From an uncultured Chlamydiales bacterium (GTDB taxonomy: Bacteria; Chlamydiota; Chlamydiia; Chlamydiales; JAAKFR01), in the NCBI GenBank assembly GCA_963699155.1, contig OY969414.1:1163757-1227756 (forward strand): a stretch of 64,000 nucleotides of DNA. The letters are read 5' to 3'. Numbering within the stretch: position 1 is the first letter of the stretch; every line of letters starts with the position of its first letter. The notes beneath the pieces are model-generated. The model saw nothing but the letters and a program-made list of their open reading frames with translations. It did no database searches and was not told the origin of the DNA. This document shows, piece by piece, positions 19,655 through 30,323 of the stretch. A program made the position numbers and the translations under genes.

Positions 19655-20692
19655 ATGGATCCTGCTATCGCCGAGATGGAAACAGCTCGTTTGCAAGATT
19701 TTGTCTTAAAAAACAAAATTTTAGACCGCGATTATAAATTCTATTCCCTTTTTATTTTTGGAATTTATAGTGCATATATAATGACGTTATATTTTATTGC
19801 TAATAGCTCTAATTACTTTGTCATTGTTTTACTCTCTATTTTTTTTGGCATAATCGCTACACAGATCGCAGGGCTAATGCATGATGCAGCTCATCAAGCG
19901 ATGTTTAAGTCAAAAAAAATGAATCATTTGTTCGCGGGTCTTTTTGCTGCAACAATAGGGGGTAACTATCGACATTGGATTGATAAACATACGCAGCACC
20001 ACGATCACCCCAACCGCATAGATTCAGATTCCGATTTAGAAGTGCCATTTTCTTTCACAACCGAACATTACCTATCGCAAACAGGCTACAAGAAATGGTT
20101 CCGCCGATATCAAGCTTGGATTTACTTGCCTATGTGCAGTTTCCTCTTGTATGCCATGCAATTCGATCAGCATATAATCCAGTTATATAAACGCAAATTC
20201 AACGCCTTAGATTTGTTGATCTGCTGCGTAAGTATTTTCTTGTGGTATGTAATGCCTTTTCTTCTATTTGGAGCTACAAAAGCGATAGTCTTTATTCCCA
20301 TTGCTTCATTTGTAACAGGCATTTACATGGCCAATATCTTTGCCACAAACCATAAAGGAATGCCTCAACTTTCTAGAGATACCGAAATGTCCAACCTTGA
20401 GCAACAAATCATTACAACTCGCAATGTGCATCCCGGAAAATTAACCGACTTTATTTATTTGTGTTTAAATTATCAAATAGAACACCACTTATATCGCCAA
20501 TGTCCGCGAAATAAATTGAAATTATTAGTTCCTTACCTCAAAGATCTTTGTCAACGAACTGGCATTCCTTATACGGTTCAAACTCCATGGCAAGCCTATA
20601 AAAGTATTTTCACAGACTTATCGCAGACAGCCAAAAACGGTCAAAAAGCACTTAAAGAACGCAAGAGCTCTTCCATGTTAATTCTTGAGTAA
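19655..20692 (+). CDS. Membrane fatty-acid desaturase (delta-6/front-end-like, no cytochrome b5 domain)
   Basis: His boxes HDAAH, HTQHH and QIEHH. Confidence 0.9.
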   Translation: MDPAIAEMETARLQDFVLKNKILDRDYKFYSLFIFGIYSAYIMTLYFIANSSNYFVIVLLSIFFGIIATQIAGLMHDAAHQAMFKSKKMNHLFAGLFAATIGGNYRHWIDKHTQHHDHPNRIDSDSDLEVPFSFTTEHYLSQTGYKKWFRRYQAWIYLPMCSFLLYAMQFDQHIIQLYKRKFNALDLLICCVSIFLWYVMPFLLFGATKAIVFIPIASFVTGIYMANIFATNHKGMPQLSRDTEMSNLEQQIITTRNVHPGKLTDFIYLCLNYQIEHHLYRQCPRNKLKLLVPYLKDLCQRTGIPYTVQTPWQAYKSIFTDLSQTAKNGQKALKERKSSSMLILE

Positions 20693-20845
20693 GCCCAAAT
20701 TATCTTCGACCGTTTCAATGACCTCGTCCATACTTCCGTGTAGGACTTGTTTAAAAAAGCTAAGGGTGAATCCCTTTGCAGTGTGGAAAGGAATATGGGA
20801 AGGGAGTGACAAAGCACGTGGATCGACTACAGATCCAAATATGGG
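20687..20845 (-). pseudogene. Pyruvate oxidase (PoxB)-like C-terminal remnant
   Basis: Minus frame VVDPRALSLPSHIPFHTAKGFTLSFFKQVLHGSMDEVIETVEDNL, with no upstream gene body. Confidence 0.5.
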
Positions 20846-21206
20846 GTTTCAAGTTTTCTCTCTTTTGTTTGGAGTGTCATATAGAGTCTCTTTTCAAAAT
20901 TTAGTTTAAAATAAGTTGCTGAGCTGTTTGTGACTTCTAAGTCGGAAAATGTAAATTCCGATTTGGATCTGCCTCATCAAGAGGTCCCTGCCGGTGCGAT
21001 GAGGGTGATCGCTCTTAGGAAACCGAATAGGAGCCGGGATCGGTCAAAGCTAAATCTTTCAAGGCTTTAATAAAATTCTCTTTGGTAATGTATCGCCACC
21101 ATTTTTTTGGACACGAATCTGACATAAATAATTTTTTTATACTGCCACCGAGAACATTGGACACGGATTTGCGATATACTTAATCGCAAAACCAAGGAGA
21201 TCCAAC

Positions 21207-21518
21207 ATGGAAGAAGGTGGTCAAATCAAACGATGGACCGCGGCACGTAAGATTGAAGTTGTCTTACGTCTATTAAAAGGAGAGTCCATCGATAAACTAA
21301 GTCGAGAACTCGGTGTAGAGGCTTATTTAATCGAAGAATGGCATTCAAAAGCAATTCAGGGCATGGAAGTGGGATTAAAAATGCGTTCCGAAGACCCTGT
21401 TCAACATGAATTAGACCATGCTAAGAAACGCCTGGGAGAGCTCATGATGGAAAACGAGCTCTTGCAGATAAAGGCCAACAAAGCACCGGGTTTTCGTATG
21501 GGGAGGTCCAAGAAATGA
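21207..21518 (+). CDS. IS3-family OrfA (HTH)
   Basis: RWTAARKIEVVLRLLKGES..LSRELGV; stop overlaps the orfB start. Confidence 0.85.
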   Translation: MEEGGQIKRWTAARKIEVVLRLLKGESIDKLSRELGVEAYLIEEWHSKAIQGMEVGLKMRSEDPVQHELDHAKKRLGELMMENELLQIKANKAPGFRMGRSKK

Positions 21519-22552
21519 GCGAGAAGATCTCTCCTTCAACCCATCTTAAATATGGTGTAGAATTAGTTTGTACAGTGTGGAAGTTTCCTCGCTCATCTTT
21601 CTATCATAATAGAAAGCGGCCATATAAACCTAAGGGGCTTCGAGGAAAAAAGCCGACCCTCTCAGACAATGATCTATTGGAGGCCATCAAAAAAGACATA
21701 TCCGAAAGCCACTTTCAAGGAGAAGGACATCGAAAAATACATGCTCGATTAAAACGCTTCAAGAAACTAAATATTGGGCGGAATCGAGTTTTGAAGCTAA
21801 TGAGAGAGCATAAAATGCTCTCTCCGTATCGCGTTGAACAGGGAAAAGAACGCCTACATGATGGACGCATTACAACAGACCGCCCCAATGAAATGTGGGG
21901 TACAGATGCCGCTAAGATTTTCACCCTCGAAGATGGGTGGGTGTGGTTTTTCGGAGTAATTGAACATTGGAATGCTGAATGTCTAGGGTGGCATGTCACA
22001 AAGAAAGGAAGTCGATTTGCTGCAATAGAAGCCTTAAATAAGGCTGTTGAGGTTGTTTTTAGCAAAACATCCTCTAATGTGGCTCGTGGGGTCAGTTTAC
22101 GAGTAGATCATGGCTCTTAATTTATGTCAGAAGGCTTTATTAACCAAACACGGTACTGGGGCATAAGTATAAGCAAGGGCTTTGTGAAGGAGCCTGAAAC
22201 CAACGGGGTGATAGAAAGGTTTCACAGAACATTTAAGGAGCAGATTGTACACGGTAGGCATTATCATGGCCTAGAAGACTTTAGGAAGGCTGTAGCAGAG
22301 TTCATTAAGTCGTACAATGAACACTGGCTTTTAGAAAAGCTAGATTATCACTCCCCTCTGGAAGCCAGGGAGTTATATTCCAAAGAACACCCTTCTGAAC
22401 AAATTTTATCGGCGTTAGCTGAGGTTGGAGAGGGAGCACGGCTACTTTGTTCTGGCAAGGATATGATAGCAAAAACTGAGAATTTTAGAATAATTTTAAA
22501 GCGACGGAAGAAATTTACGCAAATTTGTGTCCAAAGAAATGGTGGCGATACA
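21515..22552 (+). pseudogene. IS3-family OrfB DDE transposase with in-frame TAA at 22118-22120
   Basis: PNEMWGTD, VDHGS*F, PETNGVIERFHRTFKEQ. Confidence 0.85.
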
Positions 22553-22599
22553 CACTCAGCATCGTGGGTACATTTCATGATGCGAATACGATTAAAATT

Positions 22600-23010
22600 T
22601 GCAGCCTTTAAGACTTTGCTTATGAAGGCAGCTTTTCCTAGATTATACCCTGTGAAAGGGGAATTATTTTTTCATATGAAGATTTTTCTTGCAAAAGTTT
22701 ACCTTTTAGCTCTGCATACTCATTAAGTATTCAGGGTGGTTTGCAAATAGTCTCTGAAAAGAAGGTTGAGTTCAATTTCAGGGTGCCCCTTCTTGTATAT
22801 GTGAAGGTTAACATCTATGCCCTCAGAACGATTAAAATAAAATCGCATAGGAATATTGTACTTTCCCTTATATGTGAATCCCAAACTTTCGAGGTAGAAT
22901 TGCCATTTAGGATTGCCAACAACCCTTATCATGTCAATGACTCGTTTAGCAGAAAGACCCGGCCGGAGTGAGCCGATGTGATGAATGGCCCAACAATTCG
23001 ATCCTAGAGC
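22600..23010 (-). pseudogene. GrpB/UPF0157-like remnant
   Basis: IHHIGS..SAK.VID, VNLHIY and LLFRDYL fragments in broken frames. Confidence 0.6.
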
Positions 23011-23034
23011 CTCCTAAATTTTTACAGCTTCCAT

Positions 23035-23683
23035 TCAATATTTTAGGCCAGTAAGATTATAAGGCGCTACGACGATGTTTTTAGTCTGTTTACTTGAAAC
23101 ATTTTCAAGCTTTTTACCAACAAGCAAGCTCCCTATGTCTTGAAGTGGATAATCATTTTTATTTTCAGACATTTCTTTTTTCATTTTTTCCAAAAAAACA
23201 TTTAGATCTTCTTGATCGTGAAGTTCGTAAAATTGAACATGAGGATATTTCTCTTGTAGCTCAGTGATAGTTTTTCTCACGCGCTTATCAAATCCCCAAA
23301 GATATCGAATTAAAAGCAAACGAACACATTCTGAAAATCTCCTCTGCACGATATGAAATGCGATGATCTTTAAAAACTAATTGTTTAAAAATGCGATATA
23401 AACACAATAAACGGTTAAATCGAAAATATAAAACAATATTGGCCTGGCTATAGCGCATTTCTAAAGATTTTGTTGCATTCCCATCGATGATCCAAGACTC
23501 TTGTTGCACTAAATTCGCTTGAATTGTCAAAAAATCTTCATATTTACGTTCTTGCCATTCTTCGATAAAAAAATAACGGTCCAAATGATAGAGAGGGAGC
23601 TGCATTACTTCGCTTAAATGGAGGGCAAAGGTTGACTTACCGCTACCTGGTATTCCAAAAATCATAATTTTTTTTGGCGACAT
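23035..23683 (-). pseudogene. FlaR-like P-loop (topology modulation) protein, frameshifted
   Basis: GIPGSGKST, YHLDRYF, WIIDGN; split into two ORFs. Confidence 0.7.
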
Positions 23684-23693
23684 ATTGAAACAG

Positions 23694-24190
23694 TTAGTTT
23701 AATGAGAATTCAACAAATCTTTCATTTCGAGTGACATTTGATAGTGAGGCACAGGGTGCCAACTGGCAATGAATTCCCCAATAATTTTAAAGCCAACCTT
23801 TTCATAAACATGGATAGCCTTTGTGTTGGTTGCCTCAGGATCTATAAGCACTTTTTTTACATTGGGAATTAACTGAGAAGAAAGTGTCGAATCATATGGA
23901 CAGCCAACCCTTTGCCTAAGTAGTCGGGATCACAAATAAAGAGATCCAGTGTGATCGTGTCAACGCTATCAAAGGAGGTAATGAGAAAGGCGAAGGGGAT
24001 ATTATAGTCGTAGCCGATCCAATAAGTGGTATCAGAACTTCCCTGAAAAAAATTTTCTAAACCGTTTAAGGTATTATTAGACGTTTTCAGTGAATCCATT
24101 CCCGAATATATTTTTGTGCTAACCATTCTTGGACGAGTTGTTTTTGATTTTCTGGGCGTGAGAGAAATAAAAGAGTACGCCACCTCTTTT
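23694..24190 (-). pseudogene. GNAT acetyltransferase (AAC(6')-like), frameshifted
   Basis: LDLFICDPDYLGKGLA; downstream frame IDPEATNTKAIHVYEKVGF. Confidence 0.65.
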
Positions 24191-24228
24191 GGTATCTTGC
24201 GATTACTTCTGAAATGACATGACGAGCA

Positions 24229-25068
24229 TTATTCGCAAGAGTCAGTTTTATCTTTGTAATAGGGGAGGGCGATAAGAGCATTTGATAGTGCCCAGCCTTG
24301 TCCTCTTATCCACATTTCATCGTCGACTTGTAGAGCAGAGCGGAAGATAGCTCGTGTGTAGGAGGGTAAAAGGTTCCATGCGATGATGAGATCAGAAGCG
24401 GGGTCACCGATACCCAGAATGCCAAAATCAATCACCGCACTAAGATGACCATTCACTTGGAGAAGGTTGCCTGGCGAGAGATCGCCATGTATCCAGACAG
24501 GAGGCTTTGACCACTCAGGCGCCCTTAAAGCGTTTTCCCAGATCTGTGTAACTAACGGTACATCAACCATTCCCTCTAATTTTTCTAAAGCCTGCTGAGT
24601 TTCAAGGTCTTTTTCTATTAAAGGCACACCTCGATTGGAACGGGGACCATTGGATAGATTTATGCTGCGCATAGCCCGAATAAAAACAGCCAGTTCATGT
24701 GCCAGTGCTATTGGATTTTGAGGAGGAGCCCAACACGATTGTTTCCCTGCGAGCCAACAATAGATCGACCATGGGTAAGGATATTCGTTTGTAGGTTGAC
24801 CTTTAGCAAGTGGGATAGGAATTGAAGTAGGTAGAAAAGGGGCTATTTTGGGCAGCCATAAGTATTCCTTATCCACATTTTCTACAGCCCAACCAATCTT
24901 TGGCAATCGTATGACCATCTCGTTGCCAAGCTTGTAAAGTGCATGGTCTGTACCTGCAGAAAGGACGGGTTTAAGCTCTAAGCTCGCCCATTCGGGAAAT
25001 TGTTCTCTGATGAGGTTTTGTATAAGGGGCTGATCGATGTGGAATTCATCAGCGTGCATTTTAGACAT
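24229..25068 (-). CDS. Aminoglycoside phosphotransferase (APH) family protein, 3' end probably frameshifted
   Basis: SAGTDHALYKLG, WIHGDLSPGNLL, VIDFG. Confidence 0.85.
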   Translation of the reverse strand: MSKMHADEFHIDQPLIQNLIREQFPEWASLELKPVLSAGTDHALYKLGNEMVIRLPKIGWAVENVDKEYLWLPKIAPFLPTSIPIPLAKGQPTNEYPYPWSIYCWLAGKQSCWAPPQNPIALAHELAVFIRAMRSINLSNGPRSNRGVPLIEKDLETQQALEKLEGMVDVPLVTQIWENALRAPEWSKPPVWIHGDLSPGNLLQVNGHLSAVIDFGILGIGDPASDLIIAWNLLPSYTRAIFRSALQVDDEMWIRGQGWALSNALIALPYYKDKTDSCE

Positions 25069-25261
25069 GATCTGTACCTTTATAAAAAGTGGTAATATTT
25101 TACTTCTCCATAAGCTAAGACGTCAAGGTCGCAAACCTCTAGAATCATCAAAAATCAGGTTGGATTAGATGGGTTTAAGTTGTAAGATACTCTGACAGAA
25201 ATCTAGCAAACACACCATATTAGGAGGTGCAAATAAGAGCTAAGTCATTAAGAGTAAAGAG

Positions 25262-25303
25262 TGGGGCAACCTGGATTTGAACCAGGGACCGACGGGTTAT
25301 GAG
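25262..25303 (-). repeat. att site: 42-bp duplicate of the tRNA 3' half
   Basis: TGGGGCAACCTGGATTTGAACCAGGGACCGACGGGTTATGAG is identical to 55193-55234. Confidence 0.95.
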
Positions 25304-25417
25304 GGCGGTAGAACGCCAACCTATCAGCAACATTCAGCCGCTTTCAGAAGGAAGATAAGCGATTGTTACACAAAAAGCTACTGGTTTTTATCCGTTGATT
25401 TGGGTTGTTTTGGTTAC

Positions 25418-25440
25418 TCACTGTACCGCTATTGTACCGC
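25418..25440 (+). promoter_or_regulatory. Candidate integrase arm-type site (tandem TGTACCGC)
   Basis: TCACTGTACCGCTATTGTACCGC, 21/23 identical to 55090-55112. Confidence 0.7.
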
Positions 25441-28400
25441 GCTTAACGAGTCCGCGACAGCTGCTCTGCCAGCATCTCTAATGGTAGAACTTTGGAGGTC
25501 AGAAGCAACCCATCTCCAGCCGTTTAGTGATTCGTATTGGGCTTGTTCTTCAACAGAGAGGTGTCCTTGTTTATATTTTTGACGAATATTGGACACGTAA
25601 TACCCTATTTTTTTTTTCATTCTCCACATGCTTGATAGGAGGGCATGCATGACCTTCCCGTTCAAGATAGCATAGCAGAGCCAAATAGTTTTCATCTTTT
25701 TGGTCATCAAAAATACCAGGGGCAAGTTTTTCAAGTCGTTCCATGAATGGTTTTGAGTCTGGGTATTTTTGGGAGAACTTTTTTTATTTTTGATTTCAAT
25801 TCTCGTATTTCTTTAGGGAGTATATCTGGTTGATAACCACTCTTTTCGAAGTAAGAGATCAGTTCCTGCATGCCTTGAAAGTAAGGAAGCTGCTCAAAAT
25901 AATTCCATGCCCATTTATCGCCTAGAGAGTGAAGGTAATCAATTATAGGCTCTGCAAGCTTATCTTTGCGTTCTCTCAGATCCGATACTTTTTGACCAAG
26001 AGGGTATCCATCAGCACAAATGTATCCTTGCGAGATATGAGCATTCCCATGTTCCTGTAGGTAAGCATCTATGCGAGGCTGAACTTCTTGTATGAAGATT
26101 CGTATGTTATGTTTTTCAAAAAAGTATGGATCTAGCGTTAGTATCCTCGTTTGAATTGGCTCTTTGAGCTTCCGTTTCCGCATGCTCCTACACCATCCAG
26201 CAAGATCGAATCCATCTTCCAGGTGCTCCTCAGGTACAATGATTTGATTCGTACGATTCTTAAATTTTTCATATAGTTTTAACCCTCTCTCTAAATACTC
26301 ATCATCGCTTTCCATATCATCTTGCAGCTCTTCTAAAAAACGAGGTATTTTCGAAATTCCTTCAAGAATATTGGGAGCAACCTCTGGGGAGTTTTTTTGA
26401 TCTTATTGCGCAGATTATCAAGACGAATCGAGTATTTCACACCTTTATGACAGATTTCTTCCCTATGGCCAGTTTTTGGTATAGTTTTTTCCTTCGCGAG
26501 CTGCAAATTGGGACATAGCAAGAGTGGCAGCCTCAGCCCATTCCTGGGTTGGGGATAGTTTAAAGTTGTTATCTAAGAGGAGTCGTTGTTGCTCAGGGGA
26601 AAGCTTTTTCCATTCAGCGCCTTTTCTTATGTGTTGCATCCAGGCGCCAAGGCTATAGCCATCTTCAATGTGTGTATTTGGGATGATAGGAGTGCCAAGT
26701 TTCTCCAAACAGAAATAAACATTCCAATCCAATCATCAATGGATAGGGTTTTATTCCGTTGAAACTTCTTGGCAATAAAGCCTGGTAATTTTTGCAGTCG
26801 TTCTTGTTTATCTGGGGATAGGGTATGAAAATTTTTCTTTTGATCGCTATACCAAGAGCCCAATTTCACTGCTTTGCCATTTACCTCAACTTCGTAATCT
26901 TTATGTACTCTGCAATTGCCACGCTCCTCAGTATACTTTACCAGAAGTCCATAGTTGAATTCCCATCGTGCATTTTTCTCATCATCACAAGAACGAATGG
27001 CTTCACGCAATTGTGCAAATGTTTCAATGCCACAAGCGTCGCTAGTGTATCTGAGCAAACCTTCAAGAGGGTTTGTGATCTTTACAATCTCAAAATCAAT
27101 ATCTTCAACGTTAATCCCACGCATCCTAAAAGTTCTGCGGAGTAACATACTCCAAACTTTGTGTCCGATCTCTTCGGCATGAGCAGCCACTTCATATTTT
27201 TGTAAAATTTCAGGGAGAATATTCTGATATTGTTCGTATAAAACGGCAATTCCTTCTCCCTTCTCACGATTAATTTCGCTAATATTTGTAAGGTGTTTAA
27301 CGACATCATGTAAGATTAACAGCCGCGTAGATTCGGGCAATCCATTCATTTGTTTGTGAGACTCTTCGCCTATCTCCTGATCAATATTCTTTTTAGTTTT
27401 TACAATAGGAGATGGAATGGCCACAGGGTTAAGAACATCTTCGAGTATGAGAGAAGCATAAATGGCTTTGAGATAATTGTTTAAGTTTTCCTGAAAACAA
27501 TCATTTTGCTGGTCCAAAGAAAAAGGCAATAACTGTATGACCTCGACATGCTGTTTATCCTTTGCATCACGAAATAGCCTGCCAATCATTTGCACCACGT
27601 CTACAAGCGAAGCGCGTGCGCCTACAATTATACTGCGATCTGCCCAAATCCAATTAGCTCCTTCTTTGAACATGCCTAATGCAATAATGAGATCAAGTGC
27701 ATCACGCTCTAGTTTAAGCGCTTCACTATTGAGAAGTTCCTTTTTTTTAGCACGCTGATCTTCATCAACAAGATCAAGCATTTTGAAGTCATTATGCGAA
27801 TTTTTTAGATGGCTTAGACCGTCGCTTGTATCAATCAATTCTCCGCCATGAATCTTTTGATATTCTGAAAAAATTCTTTTAACTTCTCGATATTTATCGC
27901 CTGTAGATAGTCGTGATTTAGGATGAGGAACATAAATAATGTCTTTACCTTTTCGGTGTTTGACAAGACATCCAATAGCATTTATGTAATCGTCACCGCA
28001 AAGCAAAAAGTCAAAGCTAAATGATTCAAGATACTGCATGGACTGAAGATATTCATCATAGGGTAAATTAAACCTTTTGAATTGAGATTCCATAGATGGG
28101 GTAAGCAAGCTGCAACGGTCACCTCGGAAAAAAGAAGCTGTTGTGAGACCAAGTTGTACATGGTGATGCGTTGAATTTAAAAGATTTGTTACCAAGTCAC
28201 CCATGCCATTACTAATAACTACATCTTCAATGTCTTCCATAGCTACATTCTTAACGTGATGAGCCTCATCGACCCAAAGCAATAAATTGTTTAAGAGGTG
28301 AAGTTGATTTTCTGCCTTGAGTCTTTTATATGCTTTTACAAGGGTTGCATGGGTGCAAAGGAGCACTCTATCATTAAGATTTTGGTATGAGTTTGAAAGC

Positions 28401-28783
28401 CAATCAATTAAATATTGGATTGTGCTTTTTTTAGTATCTTTATTGCAGAGATTATGTGTGACCCTCCAATGCAAAAATTCTCCATCAGGCATTTGAAATT
28501 TGGCATCGACAAAACCAGGAGCAATAATTGTTTGTGGTACCGAAATAATCGTTCGCAAAGAGTCTGCTCTTCGCATTTTATATGCAGACAATAGGCACAT
28601 CATCCAGGATTTTCCGCTGCCCATGGGGGCATTGAGTATCATAAAAGGCTTATCTCTTAGCATGGCAAAGGCTCTTGTTTGCCAACCGCGCATCGAAAAA
28701 TAACCTTCAATGCTTGAAGGTAAGCAAGGGTTACGTTCCCATGTAAAATCAAATGCTTTTTTTCTTGTAATTTCGTCTGTCAT
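25429..28783 (-). pseudogene. SF2 DEAD/DEAH helicase with multiple helicase-associated (HA) repeats; C-terminal part frameshifted
   Basis: APMGSGKS, VDEAHH, TAS, QMIGR in 26627-28783; repeated DG.xLG.W units continue in fragments down to ~25.5 kb. Confidence 0.75.
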
Positions 28784-28875
28784 GGGATTATCTCCAATTG
28801 AGTTAGCAGTTTACGAGTCTTATTGGAGAAATCCAAGGCAAAATAAATTTTACCTATGAAAGTAGTTATCTTTCT

Positions 28876-29112
28876 TCATTCGGGCATCAAATCTTTTGGA
28901 GAACATTCCAAAGCACTTGCCAAGGCAACGATATTCTCAAGCGCAATATTCCGTTCTCCTCTTTCAACCGATCCTACATAAGTGGGGTGCAAGTTGGCTT
29001 TTTCAGCCAATTCTTCTTGAGTTATACCCATTTCGAATCGTCGCATCCTTACTTTTAACCCAAATGCACGGCGAATAGGGGTTTTCTTTCTATTGTGTGG
29101 CTCTTTACCCAT
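28876..29112 (-). CDS. XRE-family HTH regulator (C-protein-like)
   Basis: FGLKVR..R..ITQEELAEKANLHPTYVGSVERGERNI. Confidence 0.9.
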   Translation of the reverse strand: MGKEPHNRKKTPIRRAFGLKVRMRRFEMGITQEELAEKANLHPTYVGSVERGERNIALENIVALASALECSPKDLMPE

Positions 29113-29255
29113 AGTATTTCCAAATAGACTCAGGCTAAGAGTTTTGATCAGCTCAATACACAGACTATGGGTCCGAAAAAATGATTATGAGTACAGAACA
29201 ATTGCTGAAATAGCTAATATCCTCGCTTTCAAAAACTACGAGCAGGAGGCACTGC

Positions 29256-29621
29256 ATGAAAGAAGACATTGTTGAAAAATTGTTAGAGTACTTGCAAAAC
29301 ACGCAAGATTTTGTATTGGAACAGGTTCCTCAAGTTATTCAGCAGGCATTAAGATATGAGAAAATCTCAGCCTATATGGTGGCGATTATCATGTCTGCGT
29401 TGCTTTTAGCAGCCGCTATAATTTTCTGTTATTTTTGGAAGAACCCTTCTTTGGATGTCCATGGCTGTCGTAAAATTTCCTCAGTCATGGGTATGTACAT
29501 ACCAGGAGCTATATCTGCTATTGTTTTTATTCAACTTTGCGTTTCAATAGATAGATTGATAGAAATTTATATAGCTCCAAAATACTTTTTGATTCAGTTA
29601 TTTATGAATATGAAAAATTGA
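29256..29621 (+). CDS. Two-TM hypothetical membrane protein
   Basis: GGAGG RBS; two hydrophobic segments; 18 nt upstream of the RAMP-like gene start. Confidence 0.7.
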   Translation: MKEDIVEKLLEYLQNTQDFVLEQVPQVIQQALRYEKISAYMVAIIMSALLLAAAIIFCYFWKNPSLDVHGCRKISSVMGMYIPGAISAIVFIQLCVSIDRLIEIYIAPKYFLIQLFMNMKN

Positions 29622-29639
29622 TATTTGGGACAATCGATT

Positions 29640-30248
29640 ATGTTATTAAAAGCAAAAATTTCAATCTCTGGGAAACGTCCCATCTTATTCAACCGATTTT
29701 CAGTTGATTCTATCTCTCTTGAGAAGCAAGAACGCACAGGAGTAGCAGGGAACAATCCAGAAGAGTGGAAACGGACTGTACTCAAGACAAATGAAAATCA
29801 GCTTTATGTAGAGTCTACCTATATTTTCGGTTGCATTAGGGATGGTGGCAAGCACCTCAAATTAGGAAGGGGCACTTTGCAAGCAAAAATTGCATCGACA
29901 CTTGTTGTGCTCGATGAGATCATTCTTTTGGATAGATTTCTTCCCAGGGAGGAGGATCTTACACAGGACAAAAATGCTCTCGTCTACCTGGATGTCAGGG
30001 GAGTTAAAAATCCCTCAAGTAAAGGCCGGAATATACGCTACCGTGTTGCCTGCTCCCCTGGATGGAAAGCCGTTTTTCAAATTGAATGGGAAAATACGGT
30101 CATTTCAAGAAACGAAATGCATTCTTCGTTAGATAGCGCTGGATCATTTGTTGGGTTGGGAGATGGGCGAGCTATTGGTTTTGGCCGTTTTGAGGTGGAA
30201 CAGTTTGATATTTTAGAAGAAGCACCCAAGCAGAAAAAGAAGTCATAA
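29640..30248 (+). CDS. Stand-alone Cas7/RAMP-like RNA-binding protein (202 aa)
   Basis: N-terminal strand AKISISGKRPIL; LYVESTYIFGCIR (like the PxxxxKGxxR helix of RAMPs); thumb-like DVRGVKNPSSKGRNIRYR; C-terminal G-rich loop GLGDGRAIGFGRFEV. Confidence 0.7.
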   Translation: MLLKAKISISGKRPILFNRFSVDSISLEKQERTGVAGNNPEEWKRTVLKTNENQLYVESTYIFGCIRDGGKHLKLGRGTLQAKIASTLVVLDEIILLDRFLPREEDLTQDKNALVYLDVRGVKNPSSKGRNIRYRVACSPGWKAVFQIEWENTVISRNEMHSSLDSAGSFVGLGDGRAIGFGRFEVEQFDILEEAPKQKKKS

Positions 30249-30251
30249 TGC

Positions 30252-30317
30252 GGTGGGGCATGGCATGGCTAGGCTTGTCAAGGCTTGGTGGTGGCGTGGT
30301 GGGGCAAGGCAAGGTTT
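30252..30317 (+). ncRNA. GGY-NN pentamer array, candidate guide RNA
   Basis: GGT-gg GGC-at GGC-at GGC-ta GGC-tt GTC-aa GGC-tt GGT-ggt GGC-gt GGT-gg GGC-aa GGC-aa GGT-tt; 13 units, intergenic, then T-rich. Confidence 0.75.
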
Positions 30318-30323
30318 TATTTT

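Larger units (their letters stand above)
21089..22552 (+). mobile_element. IS3-family insertion sequence (1,464 bp), inactivated
   Basis: 26-bp terminal IRs (TGTATCGCCACCATTTYTTTGGACAC, 25/26 match) with TG..CA ends; orfA/orfB layout. Confidence 0.9.

Noticed and set aside
20960..21055. Possible riboswitch/ncRNA (CCTCATC..GATGAGG stem, ATCAAGAG)
   Set aside because: Lacks the rest of a SAM-I or other recognisable consensus; needs an Rfam scan.
25262..25303. Second tRNA gene
   Set aside because: Only the 3' 42 nt are present; the D-arm and 5' acceptor strand are missing. It is the att duplicate.
29113..29200. C-box and restriction-modification system near the XRE gene
   Set aside because: Only a loose GACT-ATG-GGTC match, and no methyltransferase gene in the window.
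30252..30317. CRISPR array, or coding N-terminus of the HNH ORF (track start 30285)
   Set aside because: Units are 5 nt, not 25-45-nt repeats with spacers. A 5-nt period does not fit codons, and a better ATG lies at 30324.
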